A DNA stretch of 64,000 nt from the human T2T-CHM13v2.0 reference genome, Homo sapiens. Under the pieces are notes generated by a model. The model was not told where the DNA came from and searched no databases. It saw only the letters and a list, made by a program, of their open reading frames with translations. This document shows, piece after piece, positions 29,561-44,000 of the stretch (the stretch's first letter is position 1; every line of letters begins with the position of its first letter). The stretch lies in NCBI RefSeq assembly GCF_009914755.1, contig NC_060927.1; one strand, 5' to 3'. The position numbers were made by a program, and so were the translations under genes.

Positions 29561-30359
29561 TGTCACCACCTGGGCCATTTCTAAGGGACCAGAGCTTTCC
29601 TCTGAGATGAGGCTTTGAGCTGAGGAGCCACATGATCTGACATGGTTAAGGATGCCTCTGGCTTCCCTGTTGAGAATAGACTGAAGGGGCAAAAATGGAA
29701 GCAGAAGAGCAGTTAGGAGGTTCCTGTCAAACCCACGTGGAAGGCAGGCTCTGGGCTGTGTTACTGGACTAACACTAACACCGTCCCCTTGCACTTCTGA
29801 GGGTCCCTGGAACTTCCCCAGGGGATGAGACTCCTGGCTAGCAGGACTCAGCCCCTCCCCTTCAACTTTACTCAGGACCTGGTCTCCCCTCCTTAAGGTC
29901 TCTGGAGCCCAACGCACACTTCAGCCCACTCTCACAGGCATTCTCTCTGTCCACAAAATATCACCGAAGAGTCTTCTGTGAGTGCAACATGGTGTGAACA
30001 CTGGGAGTACAAGGAGAAATAAGACACAGTTGCTGTGCTGGAGAAGCTTGTGCCCAGTGGTGGTGATACTGCCTGAGGTGAGACCACTATGCCAGCACAG
30101 GAACAAAGACGGCAGGGGCACAGGGCAATTCAGGGGTGCAGATCTGGAGGCATCCAAGAGGCTCCTAAGCCTCAGTGTATAAACTGACAGGTCACAGCCT
30201 GCTCTAGGAAACACCTTCCTAAGGGTTGGAGTTATCTCTGTGCATCCCATCCCCACCCCACCAAGCCGCCCTTGGCCCTGCCCTCAGGAGCTTCTGCTTG
30301 GCCTTGCTAATTCCTCTCTTCTCCCTGAAGCTAGAGTGAGGTACCTCTTGGCAGCCTTT

Positions 30360-30780
30360 GTATCTAGAGAGAGCCGTCCAATAGAAACATAAGGTGAGCA
30401 ACATGCTTAATTTTAACATTTCTAGTAGCTACATTAAACATTTTTAAGTGAAATTAACTTTAATAATACATTTACTTAACCCAATATATCCAAAAGATTA
30501 TCATTTCAACATGCAATCCTATTTTAAAAATAACTAGTGAGGTACCTGACAAAAAAAATCCCTTTTCATACTAAGTCCAGAAGATCTTTGTGTATTTTAT
30601 ACTCATAGGACATCTGAGTTTGGATGTTACCTTTTTATTGGAAATATGGGATCTGTACTTAGATTTCACTGAATTTACATTGAAAAGGTAGGTTCACATA
30701 CCCAAGTTGTCTCACACATACCTAAATGTTTTCTGGTAACTGGATGGAGTATCAGTTTTTATATTTATCTTTGCATTAGC
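30360..30780. mobile_element. hAT-Charlie fragments (MER3/MER33-like)
   Basis: GTCCAATAGAAAC...TTTCTAGTAGCTACATTAAA...AACCCAATATATCCAAAAGATTATCATTTCAACATG. Confidence 0.55.
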
Positions 30781-32260
30781 TAAAAAACAAATTAATAGTT
30801 CAGGTCCTCAGCCGCACGCAGGCAGTTTTCTCCACCGTCCAAATGGTTGCCCGAATTCACCCAGACCCCGCCGTCCTCCGCTTTTTCATGCAGACATTCA
30901 AACAACTGCCTCCCTTCCTCCTGGCACCCCCATCCCATCGCCAGCAGCCTCCGAACCAGTTTCCCTCCTGTCCCCATCTCAGCCACCCATGACTCACACA
31001 CACATCTGTCTCCCCTGGCCCACTTTTCATCTAGTCCTCATAATCTATGCATAAACATTAACATACCACAGAGTCAATCTGCATACTGATTACTTCTGCT
31101 CTGGTCAAATTCTTGCTTTCAGGATCAGGAGGCTTTCTCCCCACACCAAACTGGGCCTGAGGAAATAGTGTCTTGTCTTCCTGTCACCCCTCCCGTAGTT
31201 GCATGTCTAATGAGACAAGGGGTGTCTCAGGTGAAGCAGGACAGGGAGGATGCCAGCACTTGGGTGGTAGAGGTTTGAGGAGTGCCTGTTGGGGGATGTG
31301 TTGGGGAAGGAGGACTTTTCACATATGGCTCATTGTGTCGGGATGATTTCGTTGTTAAATAAGCACCTACAGGATGATTTCACATTCCATACTTCTAAGT
31401 TTTTATAATTTAAATTCTTTCCGCCAGGCTGGGTTTTTTTTTTTTTTTCCAAACTTTAAATCTGTGGCTAGAATTGGTTTGATTTACATAATCCTGCCCC
31501 TGAGATTTAGCCCCACCCCTGAGAGCCCCCTCAGAGCCACCCACAGCCAGGACACCTCTGCTGGCCTCCCCTTCCCCAGCCTTCCAACTTGTGGCAGGCC
31601 CCTGGCTCTGGCCTCCCCCTATATGGGAATGAGCCAGCTGCACCGCTGCTGACAGTGGCTGGGATAATCCTCCCTGAGCTGTTCCAAGGATTAGTCCTGC
31701 TGCCCTGTGCCCAGCTCCCACACAACGGGGTTTCGGGGCTGTGGACCCTGTGCCAGGAAAGGAAGGGCGCAGCTCCTGCAATGCGGAGCAGCCAGGGCAG
31801 TGGGCACCAGGCTTTAGCCTCCCTTTCTCACCCTACAGAGGGCAGGCCCTTCAGCTCCATTCTCCTCCAAGGCTGCAGAGGGGGCAGGAATTGGGGGTGA
31901 CAGGAGAGCTGTAAGGTCTCCAGTGGGTCATTCTGGGCCCAGAGATGGGTGCTGAAGCTCCCACACCTGCCTGTGAAAATGGATTCCTCTCTCACCTGGG
32001 AGAGCCAGGTGCTGCCCCGAGAAGGATGCATTTATGGCTTCATGAAGTCTTTCCTGACCCCCGATGCTGCTGACTATAGGTAAGTCTGAGCAAATCTGGG
32101 GGAGCCTCATCTTGGCATGAGAAAGAGATGGCTTCTTCTAAGCCCACTGGCTGTGATCCCAGGATTATAACACATTCTGGCTCAAGTCCAGACTATTTGT
32201 AGAACACAGGAGATCCTCCATGAGAGGTAGTATAATATAGAGGATATGTGTGCTTACTAA

Positions 32261-32524
<264 letters not shown>

Positions 32525-32879
32525 TAAGTATTAAACATTGTATATGTATTTTGAACACGATTAAGCTCTAAACACTTGTTAGGAAGCAGGAGTAGCATTT
32601 GAAACAAACAGCTCTTTTCCCACAGGTCGGATGCCCTCACAGAATTGAGATTATGTACGTAAAACACCAGGTGCCTAACCCGGCACAGAGCAGGAGGGCT
32701 AAGCGTGACATCCAGCATGTGGTCAGTGGAATCCAGTATTCCTACCCACCTCTCTAGTCTCCCCTCCACCCCTCTCCCTTTCAGAGGCACCAAGCTGCTT
32801 GTGGTCTTGTCTATTCCCACTCCCTGCCCGACTGAACATTTTCTCTACCTCCTGATCATCAGCAGCAGAAACTGGCTGC

Positions 32880-33240
32880 TCTTCCTCCTGGGTAGACAGC
32901 CAGACTGTATTTCCCAGCTGCCCCTGCAGTGAGATGTGGCCATCGGAGCCAGCATTGGCCAATGGACTCTGCATGGGAGTGACGCATGCTGCCTCCAGGC
33001 TTGTCTCTAAAACCTCCCACGTGTCCTCCACCTGCTCTTCCCACCTCCAAGGAGCACGGCAATTGTGGAAGACCCAGATTAGTGATGGCGGAACCATAGA
33101 TGGGAGGAACCTGGGTCCCTGACTTAAAGTATCATGGATTTGGATGTTCCCTTAGTGAGAAATAAACTTCCATTGTGTTTAAGCCTTTATTTGTTTATAG
33201 TTGGTTACAGCAACTGCCTTCTTTTAATTAAAACACTCCT
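32880..33240 (+). mobile_element. MLT1J-like MaLR LTR supplying the FAM138 poly(A) signal
   Basis: TATTTCCCAGC...GGAACCTGGGTCCCTGA...GTGAGAAATAAACTTCCATTGTGTTTAAGCC...GTTACAGCA, a typical MLT1 3' end. Confidence 0.65.
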
Positions 33241-33692
33241 GCTGCTTCAAGTTGCTGGAATGCTTGTAACCCTGCCCTGCTTCACCAGGGTAACTCCTAC
33301 TTGGCCTTTAAGTTTATCTCTGCTGTCACACCGTCCAGAAAGCCTTCTCCCAGCACCACAACCCCTCCACCAAGGGTTAGGTGTCTCCAGCAGATGCTGC
33401 ACAGCTGGCTGCCCTTTGCCCACCCTCCCCTTCTTTCTCATAGAATCCTAGGACTCCTCTGTATCTAGAAGAAGTTGTGTGGTCCAGTGCTGGCCAAGAA
33501 GATGTGAGAGCAAGTCGCTGGGTGGAGATTCTTAGGAAAACTTCTTAAAAAGAACGAGACTGGGCTCCTTTCTGCCTTTTACCATTTTTGTGTATGCTTG
33601 CCTTCTTCCCACCTGGGACTCTGATGCAGCACCTGTGAATGGGCACACATATTACAACTCTTAGGCTGAAACCCACGTTCTCAGGCAGAGGT

Positions 33693-34278
33693 CTCTTGTG
33701 GGCATTTAGTGCTATAAATGTCTCTTTACACACTGCTTTAAATGCGTCCCAGGTCTTAGGGTATATACCCAAAGGATTATAAATCGTGCTACTATAAAGA
33801 CACATGCACATGTATGTTTATTGTGGCAGTATTCACAATAGCAAAGACTTTGAACCAACCCAAATGTCCATCAATGACAGACTGGATTAAGAGAATGTGG
33901 CACATATATACCATGGGATACCATGCAGCCATTAAAAAGGATGAGTTCATGTCCTTTGCAGGGACATGGATGAAGCTGGAAACCATCATTCTGAGCAAAC
34001 TATCACAAAGACAGAAAACCAAACACTGCATGTTCTCACTCACAGGTGGGAATTGAACAATGAGAACGCTTGGACATGGGGCAGAGAACATCATACACTG
34101 GGGCCTGTCAGTGGGTGGGGGGCTGGGGGAGGGATAGCATTAGAAGAAATACCTAATGTAAATGACAAGTTGATGGGTGCAGCAAACCAACATGGCACAC
34201 TCATATCTATGTATCCAACCTGCACATTATGCACATGTACCCTAGAACTTAAGTATATAAAAAAAAAAGAAAAAAAAC
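33693..34278 (+). mobile_element. L1PA 3' end (33758-34278, +) preceded by an inverted L1 ORF2 fragment (about 33693-33752, -)
   Basis: ORF 33814-34056 resembles ORF2p C-terminus, followed by 3' UTR and poly-A. Minus-strand WDAFKAVCKETFIALNAHKR resembles an N-terminal ORF2p segment. Confidence 0.85.
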
Positions 34279-34334
34279 TTTCACCTTTTTCCAAAGTGTT
34301 GGGATTATGGGTGTGAGCAACCACGTCTGGTCCT

Positions 34335-34755
34335 TTTTTTTTTTTTAATGGAGGTGAAATTCACATAAGTTTGACCATTTTAAAGTGAACAATCAGTGGC
34401 ATTCAGTACATTCACCATGTTGTGCCAACACTATCTCTATGTAGTTCCAAAACATTTTCATCAGCTCAAAATGAAACCTTGTACCCATGAAGCAGCCACT
34501 TCCCATTCTCCCCTCCCCTTAGCCCCTGGAAATCGGCTTTCTTTCTCCACGGATTTACATATTCTGTATATTTCCTATAAATGGAATTACACAATAGGTG
34601 ACCTGTGTCTGGCTTCTTCCACTTAACCTAATGCTTTTGAGGTTCAGTCACATGGTGCCATGGATCAGCTCTGCCTTCCTTTTTATGACTAATACTCCAC
34701 TGTATGTCCATATCACCATTTGTGTATTCACTCATTAATCTATGGACACAAGCCT
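34335..34755 (-). mobile_element. L1MB-like 3' end
   Basis: Poly-T, GAGGTGAAATTCACATAA...GTGGCATTCAGTACATTCAC...TGTCTGGCTTCTTCCACTTA. Confidence 0.75.
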
Positions 34756-36037
34756 CATTTTTAAGCACTTCAAATATGTTAACTCACTGAATCCTCACCA
34801 CAAAGACAGATGCAGTTATTACATATTGATAGAGTGAAAACTGAGGCACAGGTAACATGCCTAGGATCACGTGGCTATGAAGCAGAAAGAGGACTCCAGC
34901 CGAGGCAGTCTAGTCCCAAAGTCCTTCCCTTCCTAGTAACCACTATGCTCTCCTGCCTCTCAGAGAACAACCCACATAGCACAACACGAGGGCTAAGCTG
35001 TCTGGTCTGTCTGGTGAAGCTTCAAATGCTGTTCATTTCAGATAAGGGGAGGTTCCTGGGCTGCAGAGGCTTCCTAGAGGAGGAAGACCATGTAAGGTCT
35101 AACTCAGGGCAGGTCAGGATGGTGTGAACTCACTCTGAACACAGTCACCGATGGGTGTTTATGAAAACTGGCTCTGGAACTCCCACAGGGAAGGTTCTTA
35201 TCTTTGCGTGCACAACACAGAGCCCTCTGGGTAGACTTCTAGACCCAGGCCTCTTTCAAATACATTAGAAACCTCAGCAAGATAAACTATTTTCTGTCTG
35301 GCTGCATCTGTCTATCTGTTTAGAGAGCAGGACATTTCCATCCTCCTCTCTCCAGGCATCCTTGGAAGTCTTTCCCACAAGCAAGACATCTTGGTGAAAT
35401 TTAATGCTGCGGAGGGAAGTGGTTTTCAGGAGAGAGGAGTCTGTTCCCGGAACTGTAGCACAAAAGCTAGAGGCTGAGTAGGAACATCTTAAACTAAGTC
35501 CTCAGTCTTATTTCCAGTTTTCTTCCTGTAGATCGGGGCTTAGGACACCCTGTCACATTTTCTTCACTCCTCCACCAGGAATTCCTAAAGTCCATGCTCT
35601 TGGATCCTGGCAAATCCAGGAGGCTGGGGGATGTGGCAAGCTTCAGCAAGACTGCCTGGGACCAACCCTGCAGCCTTAATTTCCCAGGCCCACTCAGCCC
35701 AGCTGGCCAGCAAAGGCAGGCAGGGCTTCCGTGTCCACACATGAGAATGACCTGCAGCTGTTCTTTGTCCAGGCTGAGGTCCAGGATTCCCATTGCAGCT
35801 CCTAGGAAATCTTTAAAATTAGGTCGGGGATGCGCCTGTCAGTAGATTAGGTAGGGAACTTTTATGAAGTTGAGGGTGAACCATCTGGAGGGTGAACTGG
35901 CTGGTGTGATTCTAGAACTGGGGGTGGTGCCTAGCAGTGCATTTGTGAGAAGACACAGCCAGGCTTGGTATATGATGTGGTGTGTGTGTATATTCACAGG
36001 CATCGTGGAGCATATACACTTTTTTTGTGTGTGTTGA

Positions 36038-36360
<323 letters not shown>

Positions 36361-36652
36361 AGATTACAAAATACTTTGACATCTTTTCTCTACAGCCCTC
36401 AAAAGGAGGCAGGGCAAGCACAATTAAATCCCATTACAAATGGGGTGACTGAAGCTCCATTCATGGCTTGCCCAGGGTCACACAAAGAATGAATAGCAGA
36501 GCCCTGAGCCTGTGTGCTTCCCTCTGTGCCAGGCTGCTTTACCCAGGCATGGGTGCACCTTGTGCATGGGACATTTCTCCTTTGTTGTGTCCTGAGTACC
36601 TTAAGCCACTCAGATATTGCTCAGGTGGAGTGAGGGGAAAATGTTTTCAGGT

Positions 36653-36899
36653 TGTATTAGTCAAAACAAAATACCACACACTGGGCGACTTTAAAATCAT
36701 ACATTTATCCCTCACAGTTCTGGAGGCTTGGAAGTCCAAGTTCAAGGTGGCAGCTGGACGGGTTCCCGGTGAGGGCTCTCTTCCTGGTTTGCAGACAGCC
36801 ACCTTCTCTTCGCATCCTCACTTGGTGGGAAAAGACAGAGGAGAGAAAGAGAGAGAGAGAAAAATGAGATAGAGAGAGAGAGAGAAATGAGATAGAGAG

Positions 36900-36937
<38 letters not shown>

Positions 36938-37106
36938 CACAGAGACAATGCTCTCTTTTCTTACCAGATCTATAATGAGGGCCCCACCCCATGACCTCAT
37001 CTAACCGTAATTACCTACCAAAGGCCCATCTCCACATACCATCACATTAGGGGTTAGGGTTTCAACATAAGCATTTGGAGAGGACATAAACATTCTGTCT
37101 ACAACA
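36653..37106 (-). mobile_element. MLT1A-like LTR with internal (GA)n tract at about 36835-36940
   Basis: TGTATTAGTC...TCACAGTTCTGGAGGCTTGGAAGTCCAAG...CCATCACATTAGGGGTTAGGGTTTCAACATAAG...CAACA. Confidence 0.8.
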
Positions 37107-37267
37107 TGAGTGGAGATCCATCTCTTCTTTACCTCTGGTAAGGGGACCACACGCTGCAGCCAGCGAGACAGTGGCATGTTCTTGTTACAACTCGATCTAA
37201 CTCCCCCAGAAGAGGAGGCAGGGAAGGCGGACAAAACTGGGAGAGGGAGAGAGTGTTAGGAAGAGAG

Positions 37268-37457
37268 TAGGGTGGCCAGAGGCAGCAAATAAAATATAAA
37301 ATGCTTAATTCTGAATCTCAGATAAACAACCAATAATGTTTTTTAGCATAAGTATGTCCCAAACTAAGCTTGGGACATATTTACGCTACGAAATTATTCG
37401 TTGTTTATCTAAAATTCAAACTAGCTGGGCATCCTGTCTTTTAATCTGGCAACCCTA
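37268..37457. mobile_element. MER53 palindromic DNA-transposon MITE
   Basis: TIRs TAGGGTGGCCAGA (37268-37280) and TCTGGCAACCCTA (37445-37457); internal palindrome TATGTCCCAA...TTGGGACATA. Confidence 0.9.
37297..37434 (-). ncRNA. MIR1302: MIR1302 precursor (138 nt, MER53-derived hairpin)
   Basis: Minus strand reads GGATGCCCAGCTAGTTTGAA...TTGGGACATACTTATGCTAAA...GCATTTTA and contains the mature miR-1302 sequence. Confidence 0.92.
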
Positions 37458-37999
37458 AAAGGCAAGGGCCAAAAATGCCGGAGGCAAGCCAACGGATTCC
37501 AGGAGGGACAACTGCTGGACTTGACTGATGATGCTCTTTTTATATATTTAACTTTTTAAAAAAGCCTCTTTTCTTTCTTTTTACCAGCTTTTCACTAGCT
37601 TTTTAAAAATTGTGGTAAAACATACATAACCTAAAATTCACCGTCTAAACCATTTTTCAGCATACAGTTCAGTGGGATTAAGTAGATTCACACCGTTGTG
37701 CCGCCATCACTACCACTCATTTCCAGCACCCTTCCATCACCCCAGCCTGAAACTCTACCCATTGAACATGAGCTGCCCAACTCCGCCTTGCTTCCCCATT
37801 CCTGGCGACCACTGCTTCTGTCTCTGTGAATTTTGACTATTCTAGGCACTTCACAAAACTGGACTCATACGATATCTGTAGTTTTGCGTCTGGCTTCTCT
37901 ATTTAATTCTTAAAGGGGGGTGGGAACTAAGCAGATCACAAGGGAGCTGCCCACAGAGGTAAAGACAAGGTCAGGTAGGCTGAGAGACGCAGGAAAGCG

Positions 38000-39070
38000 G
38001 GTCAAGGCGTAGGGCTGGAGGGCAGGGGCGGGCCCTGGGCCTGGGCTGGGGGTCCTGCCCCGGGGCGCACCCCGGGCAAGGGCTGCCCGGAGGAGCCGAG
38101 GCTGGCGGACAGCTTGGCCCTGAGCTTGAGGGGAAGGCAGCGATGGGACAAAGGACGGAGGTCTGGGAAGAGGGTCTGCAGAGCAGAAAGCACGGGTAGG
38201 GGCGGCCTGACGCTCGGAAGACAACGCATGGGAGCCGTGTGCACGTCGGGAGCTCGGAGTGAGCGTGAGTTCCGTGCCCAGGCCCGCGACTCGGCCCGAC
38301 AGGACAGCGCTCCGGGTCGACGGGGTCCTGGAGCCGCGCTCGGGGAGGGCGCAGCGGAGGGCGAGCGGCGGCGTTAGGACCCGGAGGCGCGGGCGGACTG
38401 TGGGCGGCGGGGCTAGGACCCAGCGGCTCCGGCAGAGCGGAAGCGGCGGCGGGAGCTTCCGGGAGGGCGGCTCGCAGGTGAGGAGGCGTCCGGGGCCGCG
38501 GGAAGTAGGGTCGTGGGGGCCTGGCGGGGCGAAGTAGGGGACCCGGAGGGGCTGGAGGGAGGCGGGCGGGAGGCCCGGGACCGTTCCTGACCGAGAAGCC
38601 TGCGCCAAGCTGGTGTTCCGCGGCCGCTGCCCGGTGCCCGGCTCCACTGCGAACGCCGCCGCTGGGCCCCGACCGCCCGGGAGGCGTCTTGGGCTCGCCC
38701 CGGAGCTTCCTCCCTGGAGCCGCGCCCTGCACCCGGCCTTGCCCGGCCCTAGCAGGGAAGCCAAGGCTTGTGGGGCGCAGGGACCCGGGCTCTGCGGGGT
38801 CCCGGTTCCGCCTCCCCACTTCTGCGTCTTCCCGCCCCGGCCGGGTTCTGGGAAGCCTCGCGCGGCTCTTCCGCAGCTGCTGCCCGCCGGGAGCTCCTGG
38901 TCCCTCGTAGGGGACCCCACTTCTCTGACACCGCGTTGGGTTCCCGGGGCCTACAGCGAGGCCTGTAACTCCGGGAGAGACCCTGGAGCGGGGTGTGGGA
39001 GAACGGTCTGGAGGAAGGGCTCCGAGCACTTCGAAAGTATAAACTGCGGTCCCAAAGAGGCGTGCTGTGT
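38000..39070. promoter_or_regulatory. CpG island; bidirectional promoter of WASH (+) and MIR1302 host gene (-)
   Basis: Very high GC and CpG density, GC boxes (GGGGCGGG), ETS-type CGGAAG motifs; WASH exon 1 donor CAG|GTGAGG at 38477/38478. Confidence 0.9.
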
Positions 39071-40269
39071 CTGCATTTTCCTGGGAGTGCACGGTTTACA
39101 TTCTGTAAAGCAGTGCTGTCGACTAGAAATATTGTGCGATACACATGTACAAGTTTTGTCACTTAAAAAGAATTTGAAAAAACTTCATAGATGCAAAAAA
39201 AAAAAACCCACCATTATTAAATAATACTTAGGTATTTGTGGAATGCATTGAAGAGTTAACAAAATGGATAGGCAGGAAATATCGCAGACCTAGAATGAAT
39301 TACAGTTACCCACTGTGGAACTGAGGAGCTAGGGTTTCTCATAAAACTCCCTGATAGAAGACGACTTTTGATAAAATTTTTTTTCCGCCAACAAAATCCC
39401 CTGTCTTCTCAACTAGTTACTGTCTGTCCACTAAATAAGAGGTGGTCCGTCACTTCTTCAGATGAGCAACTACAGGCTTTTCAAAAGATAATTGCTAATC
39501 AACCCCTTTGTGCCTGGGTTTTCTTATTTGTAAAAATAGATACTACTACCTAACTCCAAAGTGTGTGGTGAAGACAAACAATTGGGGTGATGTATACTAA
39601 AGTAACGAAAGTGTTGACCACACACTACGGGCTGGTTAGTGTTAGATTCCCTTGTTTTTCCCTCAGTATCAAAAACAGATCTAATTTAGGTTTACATAAA
39701 GACAAAGTATGAAGATAAGGTGACTTACAGTTGGTACTACTAACAAAATGTTTGGGCTAAGATTTGCATTATTGCATGAAAACAACAAAACATATCAATA
39801 ACAAAAAGCTTGGAATTCAGACGACAGATCCAAGTCTGGGCTTGATCTCAAGCTAGTGTTTTGATGTTGAAAAAATGTTATTTGGTCTTTCTAACCCCAT
39901 TTCCTTATGTAAAATAGGGGATGATGATAAATTCACTGATAATAAGAGTTAAATGAGATTCTTGAGGAGTCAGAATGGTTCTAACATGTGTAGGTATTAT
40001 TAGCAGTCATACTGTAGCATAAGAAAATACCGTCTGCTGAAAGAGGGACAATAAAGATTATCTACATGGTCATCATTTAAAAGCTACCAGATATAGGAAG
40101 AAGGGGCCATAAAATGATAACGTTATGATGATTAATTTTGATGCTTAGGTCAGAGTCCATTCTAGGATATCTGCTGCCCAAAAACAGCAGAGACTCATTT
40201 CTTTGGAATCACAGGACGCTGAGTGAGAGGAAAGAAAAAGAAAAGAAATATTTAAGTCACATATGTGAT

Positions 40270-40510
40270 TTCTAAAAGTAAAAAGAAACAGATGAAATTA
40301 GTGATATATTTTTAAAATCCAGTATATCCCAAATATGGTTATTTTAGCATGTAATCAATATAAAATAATAAGATATTTTACATTCTTTTTTTCTAGTCTT
40401 TGAAATTTGGTGCATATTTTACACTTATGGCACATCTCAATTCAGACTATCCACATTTCAAGTGCTCAGTGGCTGCATGTGCCTGGTGGCTACCATATTG
40501 GACAGCACAG
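40270..40510. mobile_element. MER33-like hAT-Charlie element
   Basis: AGTATATCCCAAATAT...GCACATCTCAATTCAGACT...CACATTTCAAGTGCTCAGTGGC...TGGCTACCATATTGGACAGCACAG. Confidence 0.75.
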
Positions 40511-40562
40511 GTCTAAGGATTTCATTCCTGCCACAAGTCCAAACTCCTAGCTTTAATTTTGA

Positions 40563-41001
<439 letters not shown>

Positions 41002-44000
41002 GAGAGGCACACATTCTGCTAAGAGCTTTTTCCTGACTCCCCTAACTCCAAGAGGGATTTGTCACTCCTTAGCTTTGTACTCATGACTGGAGTAGAATGA
41101 ATTTAATTTGAGTTTAGTTGTTTTTGAGACTCTCCCTGGCTAGTGTAGTGTCTTATTCGTCTTTGTTGTGATCATGGTCTGCACCTAACAGATGATCAGT
41201 AGATGTTTGCAGACAGAAAGTAAACCACTCATCAGGTGTATTCAGTCCCATTCTTGAACGGGCTTGCTGTCTCCTTTTTGAGGAGATTTGTGTATGTACT
41301 CTTCTTTCACGCATATGTGTGAGCAAACACACACACACTAACAAGAAATTCATCTGAAGATGTGCACAGGAAATATCTTGCATCTTTACCCCCTTTGTGA
41401 TCTTACATATGGGAGAACTGAGGCACAGAAATAAGTTAGGACAGCCAGCAAACTTGCATCAGTATAAATACAAAGAAGGGGAGGGAGGAACATGCTTGAA
41501 AGGGGTGTGCTGGTCTCAGAGGGTTAGGTTTCTCAGTTGGCTGGGCATCAGCTGGCCATGCTTTAGTTATTTGATGGGAGGAAAAATAAGTGCGAGGTGA
41601 GGAGTAACTCCTGGGCTCTGATGAGTATTCTAGGCAAGTACAGATCTGGAAAGCCTGTATGCAAAGGAGGAACTCACTGAAAAGTGCTGGCCTGAGGAGG
41701 GCAGAAGGGAGGGCTGGGGAAGCCAGCAGGGGGAGCAAAGGAGTAGGCTTCAGCTGGGTGAATCCGGTGTGGTATGTTATGTAAAATATACAAATTATTA
41801 TTGGGAATAACCACGTCTCAGCAGTGCTAGTTCTCAGTTTGGAGAATGGGAAATCGAAAGGATCAGATTCAGAGACGGCAACTTACTCAAGGTCACAGCA
41901 TTTTAAACCCAAATGAAATCTCCTAGGCCCTTCATGCCACACTCATCCATCCCTACCTACTTGTGTTGCAACCAAGGGCCCCACTGTAGTGCCTAGGGGA
42001 GCAGGTCTAGGGCATAGTGCCAGGCCTGATTAATGTCTTCCTTACCATTTTCCAGCGAGGGGCTGTGATTAGGCCTATTTATAGGGGCCTGGTCCCTTAA
42101 TATTCTGCCTGGTGCATCTCTTGCCAATCAAATCAGTGCTGTCTGCAGTGTGATTGCTGCTGTAGTGGCACCAGGGAGAGGAGTTAATTAAACCCAATAT
42201 AAATAGACTCTCCCCTCACTGTGCAATTCCAGGAGTGTTTTTCCTTCCTGTCCTCCACCCCCACAGGCACCTCTTTCCTCTTGGCCCCCTAAGCTCTAGC
42301 CTGGGTGAGCAGGGCTGGATACTCCTATACCTAGAGTCACTAGCCACTGCCCAGTCTGTTTCAGGAGCAGACCTCAAATTCCTCAGGGGTTAAAGTGGGA
42401 AGAACCCGTGTGTGCACATTTTTTGTGCTTTTCCAGAACTGTGTACCATTTGGCAGTTGATCAGGCAATCTCCCCCGCTACCCCATTTCTACCCCTTTGT
42501 TTCCAGCCTCTTTTTTCCTCTGCAACCAAGGTTTCTTGTTTATCCAAGGTGGGGAGCTGAACTGAGACAAGGTATGGAAAGGGTGCCTGGCAGGTAGCAA
42601 GCACCTTGTAGGGGGTCAGAAATGTTGCACCTTCTCTGAACTCCTCCATTGACCCTAGAGATTCCCCAGTCCCTGGCCCTGCCCTTTCCCTCATTCACTC
42701 AGCAGGCATCAGCAGAGTCCCATCTATGCGCTCCTGGCCTCTCAGCAAATGCTCTGTCCCCTACTCCCCTATCTGTGCAGGCTGAAGCTATGTGCATAGT
42801 TGGGATGAGGGCTGTGTTGTCTCAACACCACGCTGCCCTGTGGTGGGGGCGTGCCGGTGGTCGTGGGTGGCTCTGATGCTCCGGCTCCGACCCACAGGCA
42901 CCATGACTCCTGTGAGGATGCAGCACTCCCTGGCAGGTCAGACCTATGCCGTGCCCCTCATCCAGCCAGACCTGCGGCGAGAGGAGGCCGTCCAGCAGAT
43001 GGCGGATGCCCTGCAGTACCTGCAGAAGGTCTCTGGAGACATCTTCAGCAGGTGGGTGCTGCCACTCACCCCCACCTGATGAGAGGGCCATCCCTGTCCT
43101 GGGCAATCCCAGCAACACACCCTCTGGGAGCAGCCCCCTTGGGGAATCCTGGTCCTGGGGAACCCATCTGGTTTCCCTGTGTGGGAGGGGCTGAAGTGAG
43201 AGCCCAACTTGGAAGCTTTTACTCCTGGGAGTCCGAGAGCTCACTCCCTTCCACCCCACTTAGCCTCCTGGTTTCCTGTGGTGGCTCTGCTCTCACAACT
43301 CATGCTTTTCCTCCCATTGGAGGGCCTATTCCTTCACGTTTTCCTGCAGCCAACAAATATTTACCCAGCAGTGCTCGTGTGCAAGGCAGTGTGGGAATCT
43401 CTATATATCCAGCCATGGATAAGGCAACATACCTCTCCACCTGGAGCGCACATTCTGGCAGGAGAGAAAGACCTAAATAAGCAATAGATGATTAGTTCTT
43501 CAATAACAGTTGTGACAAGGTCTATTGATAATATTTTGTAATCACTAATATTCATATAAACCGTGCACCACCATTGATTTGAGTGCATTAACTCACACTT
43601 CATGAGCAGGCACTGCCGTCATCTCATTTTATAGATGAGGAAACTGAGGCACAGAAAGGCTGAGAGACCTGGCCTAGTGACAGAGCCAGGATTCAAAGCC
43701 ATAGATCATGGCCCCGGGTTACGTAGGTTATTACTGCATCTGTTCAGGGGAGATGGGGTACTGTGAGGCTCGTCATGGGAAGCCTGGCTTGGTCTCAGGT
43801 CAGGGAAGGCAGATGTGAGGAAATGACATTTATGGTAAAGTCTGAGGGTTGAGTGGGTGGGTTGGGAAGAACATTCCAGAAAGAAGCACATGAACTACAG
43901 CCTGGAGGTGGAGGACCTAAAAGGAAGCCAGCATGGCTGGAGCACGGAGTGGCCATTGAGGGAGGCGAGCTGGAGGGGTGCAGCTTCTTGTATTGGCAGC

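Larger units (their letters stand above)
36690..38246 (-). ncRNA. MIR1302 host lncRNA (MIR1302-2HG-like), divergent from WASH
   Basis: Inferred from known organisation of this block and the CpG island; exon limits not established from sequence alone. Confidence 0.45.

Noticed and set aside
37047-37061. TTAGGGGTTAGGGTT telomere-like motif far from the end
   Set aside because: Part of the MLT1A-like LTR sequence; too short to be an interstitial telomere.
37910-39224. Long overlapping ORFs (336, 373, 203 aa) in the CpG island
   Set aside because: Low-complexity Pro/Arg/Gly/Ala in several frames on both strands; expected from stop scarcity in GC-rich DNA.
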